In this document: one piece after another, positions 61,306 to 64,000 of the stretch
Layout: each line of letters starts with the position of its first letter
How positions within the stretch are numbered: position 1 is the stretch's first letter
Source of the DNA: an uncultured virus (IMG/VR IMGVR_UViG_3300046777_002950)
Taxonomy: Duplodnaviria; Heunggongvirae; Uroviricota; Caudoviricetes
DNA: 64,000 nt
Virus record (IMG/VR): IMGVR_UViG_3300046777_002950
Reading direction: 5' to 3' (one strand)
Notes under the pieces: model-generated
What the model was told of the DNA's origin: nothing
Seen by the model: the letters and a program-made list of their open reading frames with translations, nothing else
The model's database searches: none
Position numbers and translations under genes: made by a program

Positions 61306-61635
61306 TCAAGGTCTAAATATTTGAATCAAACTCAGTTCCAATTTAAACACTTTCTCACTTGATGGTGTCCACTTAAACGTCTCGCAACGGTACAAAGTGG
61401 AATTAAAGTAAAAAGGCTTACCTAAATTATTAGTTAAAAAAGTATCAATCTCTGAATAAGTAAATAAACTATCAATGGTCAGGGTTAAAGTCTGCGTACC
61501 AACTACTTGGTTAAGTTGGTTTCTATTCCCTTTCTCATTCACGCCACCCTGGTAGTTTTGAGACAAGAAAGTGGCCTCAAAACTTATGGCATTATCCCAA
61601 CTGATTTTGAGAGAACTAGGCGCGTTTGGGAACAT
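61306..61635 (-). CDS. Second gpM-like minor tail protein
   Basis: Similar to 13995..14333: IDTFL...GKPFYF, YRCETF.W, FKLELSLIQIF. Confidence 0.65.
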   Translation of the reverse strand: MFPNAPSSLKISWDNAISFEATFLSQNYQGGVNEKGNRNQLNQVVGTQTLTLTIDSLFTYSEIDTFLTNNLGKPFYFNSTLYRCETFKWTPSSEKVFKLELSLIQIFRP

Positions 61636-61749
61636 ATGATAAAGCTGTCAGTAATGCTGACAGCACCCTTAATATACCGAGCTTGACATTATTATTATAG
61701 CATAAAACCTTTGTTTTAATTGCTTTTAATGTCATATATTTGGTTTAAA

Positions 61750-61830
61750 TGCTATAATATTTGAACCTAGTCGCGCGGTGATGCTGGCAACATCAAGCCA
61801 CCACTAGGAGTAGGTCCAACATACCCACGT
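61750..61830 (+). promoter_or_regulatory. Extended -10 promoter plus a structured 5' leader of the Cas12 gene
   Basis: TGCTATAAT (61750-58), then a CCTAGT...TGATG-CTGGCAA-CATCA...ACTAGG stem-loop. Confidence 0.6.
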
Positions 61831-61842
61831 ATCTATTTTACC

Positions 61843-63606
61843 ATGAAAACTTTTGAATTTAAGCTTGACCTTACGGTTGCACAAGTACAAACGATTAATC
61901 AATGGCTAGACAAACTCAAGTGGGTTTGGAATACAGGGCTGTCGCTCAAACTAGCAGGAAGACAGAAATATTATAGAGAGAAAGAAATAGGCGATCGCGT
62001 CATTCCCAGTGGTGTGGTTTTGCAGTGGAAATGGCGAAAAGTTGTTACTGAAGATAAAAAAGGTAAGTCTACTGAGAAGTGGGAGAAAGTCCGCTTAGTC
62101 GGTACAGGTGTCATCAGACCTAAAAGCGGTCATCCTTACTGTGAAATTAGACAACACTTAAATATTGAAAACCCTGATAAATATGGACAATGTGAATTTT
62201 ATAGGAGTGACAATATTCCCGACTTTATGGCAGATGTTCCCACTAAATTTAAGGCAGGGGTAATTGATTCTTTAAAGAAATCATGGAAAGCTTACGTTAC
62301 TCCAAAACACCCCGGTAGAAAGCCAAAATTCAAAGGGAGAAACGATAAAATCAAGTCGCTTGTTAATCTCAATGCTGGGGGTTTATCCAAAGAACTAAAA
62401 CCGGAAAAAATACCCGGTTCAAATAATGGTTATGTCCAGTTCCCCAAGCTTGGTAAAATTAAAGTTAAAGGATTATTTGATAGATATGACTGGCAAGAAT
62501 GGGGTCCTGCCAGAATAGTTAAAGAACCATCAGGTTACTATCTTCATGTATGCGTTGATATCCCCAATGACCCATTACCAAAATCTGATAAAGCAGTAGG
62601 AATTGATCCGGGTTTACTATCAATTATTACCACAGATCAGGGTAAAGAAGTTGAGCCGCCTAAGCTATTTAGGAAACAACAAACTAAGCTAAGACGATTA
62701 CAGCGTAAAGCATCTAGGCAGAAGAAAGGAGGATGTAATCAGAAGAAAACTTATCAAAAAATAGCCCTACACCATGAGAAGATCCGCCGCAGCCGCAACG
62801 CATTTAACCATAAGTTATCTACTAAAGTTGTGCGTGAGTATTCTGGGATTGTGATGGAAGACTTAAAGATACAAAACCTGAACCGTAAGCCCAAAGCCAA
62901 GAAACGTGAGGACGGCAATGGCTATGAACAAAACGGTGCAAAACGTAAAGCCGGGTTAAACAAAAGTTTTGCCGATTCAGCACTGGGTGATTTAATCAGT
63001 AAGATTGAAACAAAGTGCAAAGATACTGATAGAGAGTTTGTAAAAGTTGCGGCACACTACACTACGGTTGACTGTTCAAAATGTGGTGCTAAAATAAAGA
63101 AAGCATTGAGCCAAAGAACTCACCGCTGTACAGAATGTGGTCACACTGAAGGACGTGATTCTAATGCAGCCAAGAATATTTTACTCAAAGGCAAAAAGCA
63201 ATTACAAACAGTGTACCGCGCTTGGGCGTGGGAACATGGGGAAACCCGAAAGCCTGGCTCTGATTCCAATACGGAATGTCACCAGGAAGGTGTGCAAACA
63301 CCACCGGAGGATGGATATTCCTCCCAATTAAACCCCGAAAGGGGAACTCAGCGCGGAAGGGGGGATATAAAAACCTCTAAAACCGTGAAAACAACCCCAA
63401 AGGTAGACACCGTAAGCAACCTGAACCTTGACAATTTACCAAACACCCGCGCACCTTACCCAGTAAGCATTTCAGCTAATTCAGCGAAAACTCAAAAGCC
63501 TGGAACAAAGAAAAATAAGAGATCCGCGCAATCAGGGGATGAAACTTTTACACAGCTTACGATCTGGGATACGGCTGGTGAAACCGACCTTGGGGAACTG
63601 GGTTAA
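61843..63606 (+). CDS. TnpB-like compact type V CRISPR effector (Cas12f / V-U-like)
   Basis: RuvC I VGIDPG, RuvC II VMEDL, zinc finger CSKC...CTEC, RuvC III RDSNAAKNI; directly abuts a CRISPR array; the stop codon lies in repeat 1. Confidence 0.9.
   Translation: MKTFEFKLDLTVAQVQTINQWLDKLKWVWNTGLSLKLAGRQKYYREKEIGDRVIPSGVVLQWKWRKVVTEDKKGKSTEKWEKVRLVGTGVIRPKSGHPYCEIRQHLNIENPDKYGQCEFYRSDNIPDFMADVPTKFKAGVIDSLKKSWKAYVTPKHPGRKPKFKGRNDKIKSLVNLNAGGLSKELKPEKIPGSNNGYVQFPKLGKIKVKGLFDRYDWQEWGPARIVKEPSGYYLHVCVDIPNDPLPKSDKAVGIDPGLLSIITTDQGKEVEPPKLFRKQQTKLRRLQRKASRQKKGGCNQKKTYQKIALHHEKIRRSRNAFNHKLSTKVVREYSGIVMEDLKIQNLNRKPKAKKREDGNGYEQNGAKRKAGLNKSFADSALGDLISKIETKCKDTDREFVKVAAHYTTVDCSKCGAKIKKALSQRTHRCTECGHTEGRDSNAAKNILLKGKKQLQTVYRAWAWEHGETRKPGSDSNTECHQEGVQTPPEDGYSSQLNPERGTQRGRGDIKTSKTVKTTPKVDTVSNLNLDNLPNTRAPYPVSISANSAKTQKPGTKKNKRSAQSGDETFTQLTIWDTAGETDLGELG
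63215..63350 (+). ncRNA. Putative tracrRNA/omegaRNA-like scaffold overlapping the effector 3' end
   Basis: Five consecutive hairpins, three with GNRA loops, plus CAATTAA(A)CCC complementary to the repeat's GGGTTAATTG. Confidence 0.6.
63351..63576 (+). promoter_or_regulatory. Putative CRISPR leader inside the effector ORF
   Basis: GCGCGG (63351) and CCGCGCA (63447, 63524) boxes directly before repeat 1; resembles Nostocales chromosomal leaders as I recall them. Confidence 0.55.
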
Positions 63607-64000
63607 TTGCAAGTTATCCCGATATTAACGCAAGTATGGTGAAACCGACGGTGAAACCGACCTTGGGGAACTGGGTTAATTGCAAGCAGAAATAAGATCA
63701 CCAACTTCATTCAGAAAATTGAGGTGAAACCGACCTTGGGGAACTGGGTTAATTGCAAGCGAGATACAGTTTATTTCTAAGATGAGAGGTATCTAGGTGA
63801 AACCGACCTTGGGGAACTGGGTTAATTGCAAGATTCAGATTGTCAAAACCAATATCGGCAACATTGGTGAAACCGACCTTGGGGAACTGGGTTAATTGCA
63901 AGACTTACTTTGATAAAAAAGGCACTGAAAAAAGAGGGTGAAACCGACCTTGGGGAACTGGGTTAATTGCAAGAGATTCATCAGGCTTCTTTGCAGCATT
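63577..64000 (+). CRISPR. CRISPR array, 37-bp repeat GGTGAAACCGACCTTGGGGAACTGGGTTAATTGCAAG, at least 6 repeats (truncated by the window end)
   Basis: Identical repeats at 63577, 63650, 63723, 63796, 63866 and 63937; spacers of 36, 36, 36, 33 and 34 nt plus a partial sixth. Confidence 0.98.

Noticed and set aside
61843..63606. Ordinary IS605/IS607 TnpB transposon
   Set aside because: No tnpA or recognisable IS ends, and the gene runs directly into a CRISPR array.

Overview
The whole window is part of a large AT-rich siphovirus or prophage of a cyanobacterium (frequent HIP1 GCGATCGC octamers, probably a filamentous Nostocales host). From memory it resembles the Aphanizomenon phage CL131 type, but I have not verified this. 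It contains: a replication module (initiator with 21-bp iterons, DnaB); lambda-like tail-tip genes (M, L, K, I, split J) with several receptor-binding proteins; a portal fused to a head-morphogenesis-like domain; a 5843-aa tape measure protein; a tail chaperone with an unannotated -1 frameshift ORF; tail tube, neck, capsid and protease genes; an SF2 helicase and terminase; an early region of small genes behind a repeated promoter/operator cassette, including an R-S-E ADP-ribosyltransferase; and two antirepressor-like genes. Two systems stand out. (1) A coupled TerS-STAS-ParB-Dcm-CmoA operon: the C5-cytosine methyltransferase has Arg in place of the near-invariant motif-X Asn and lies next to a carboxy-SAM synthase, which predicts 5-carboxymethylcytosine DNA modification. 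(2) A compact TnpB-like Cas12 whose last ~400 coding nt also hold a structured tracr/omega-like RNA, a CRISPR leader and most of the first repeat of a 37-bp CRISPR array that runs off the window edge. A 177-bp non-autonomous IS200/IS605 element is also present. All protein calls come from motif recognition by eye, not database searches.
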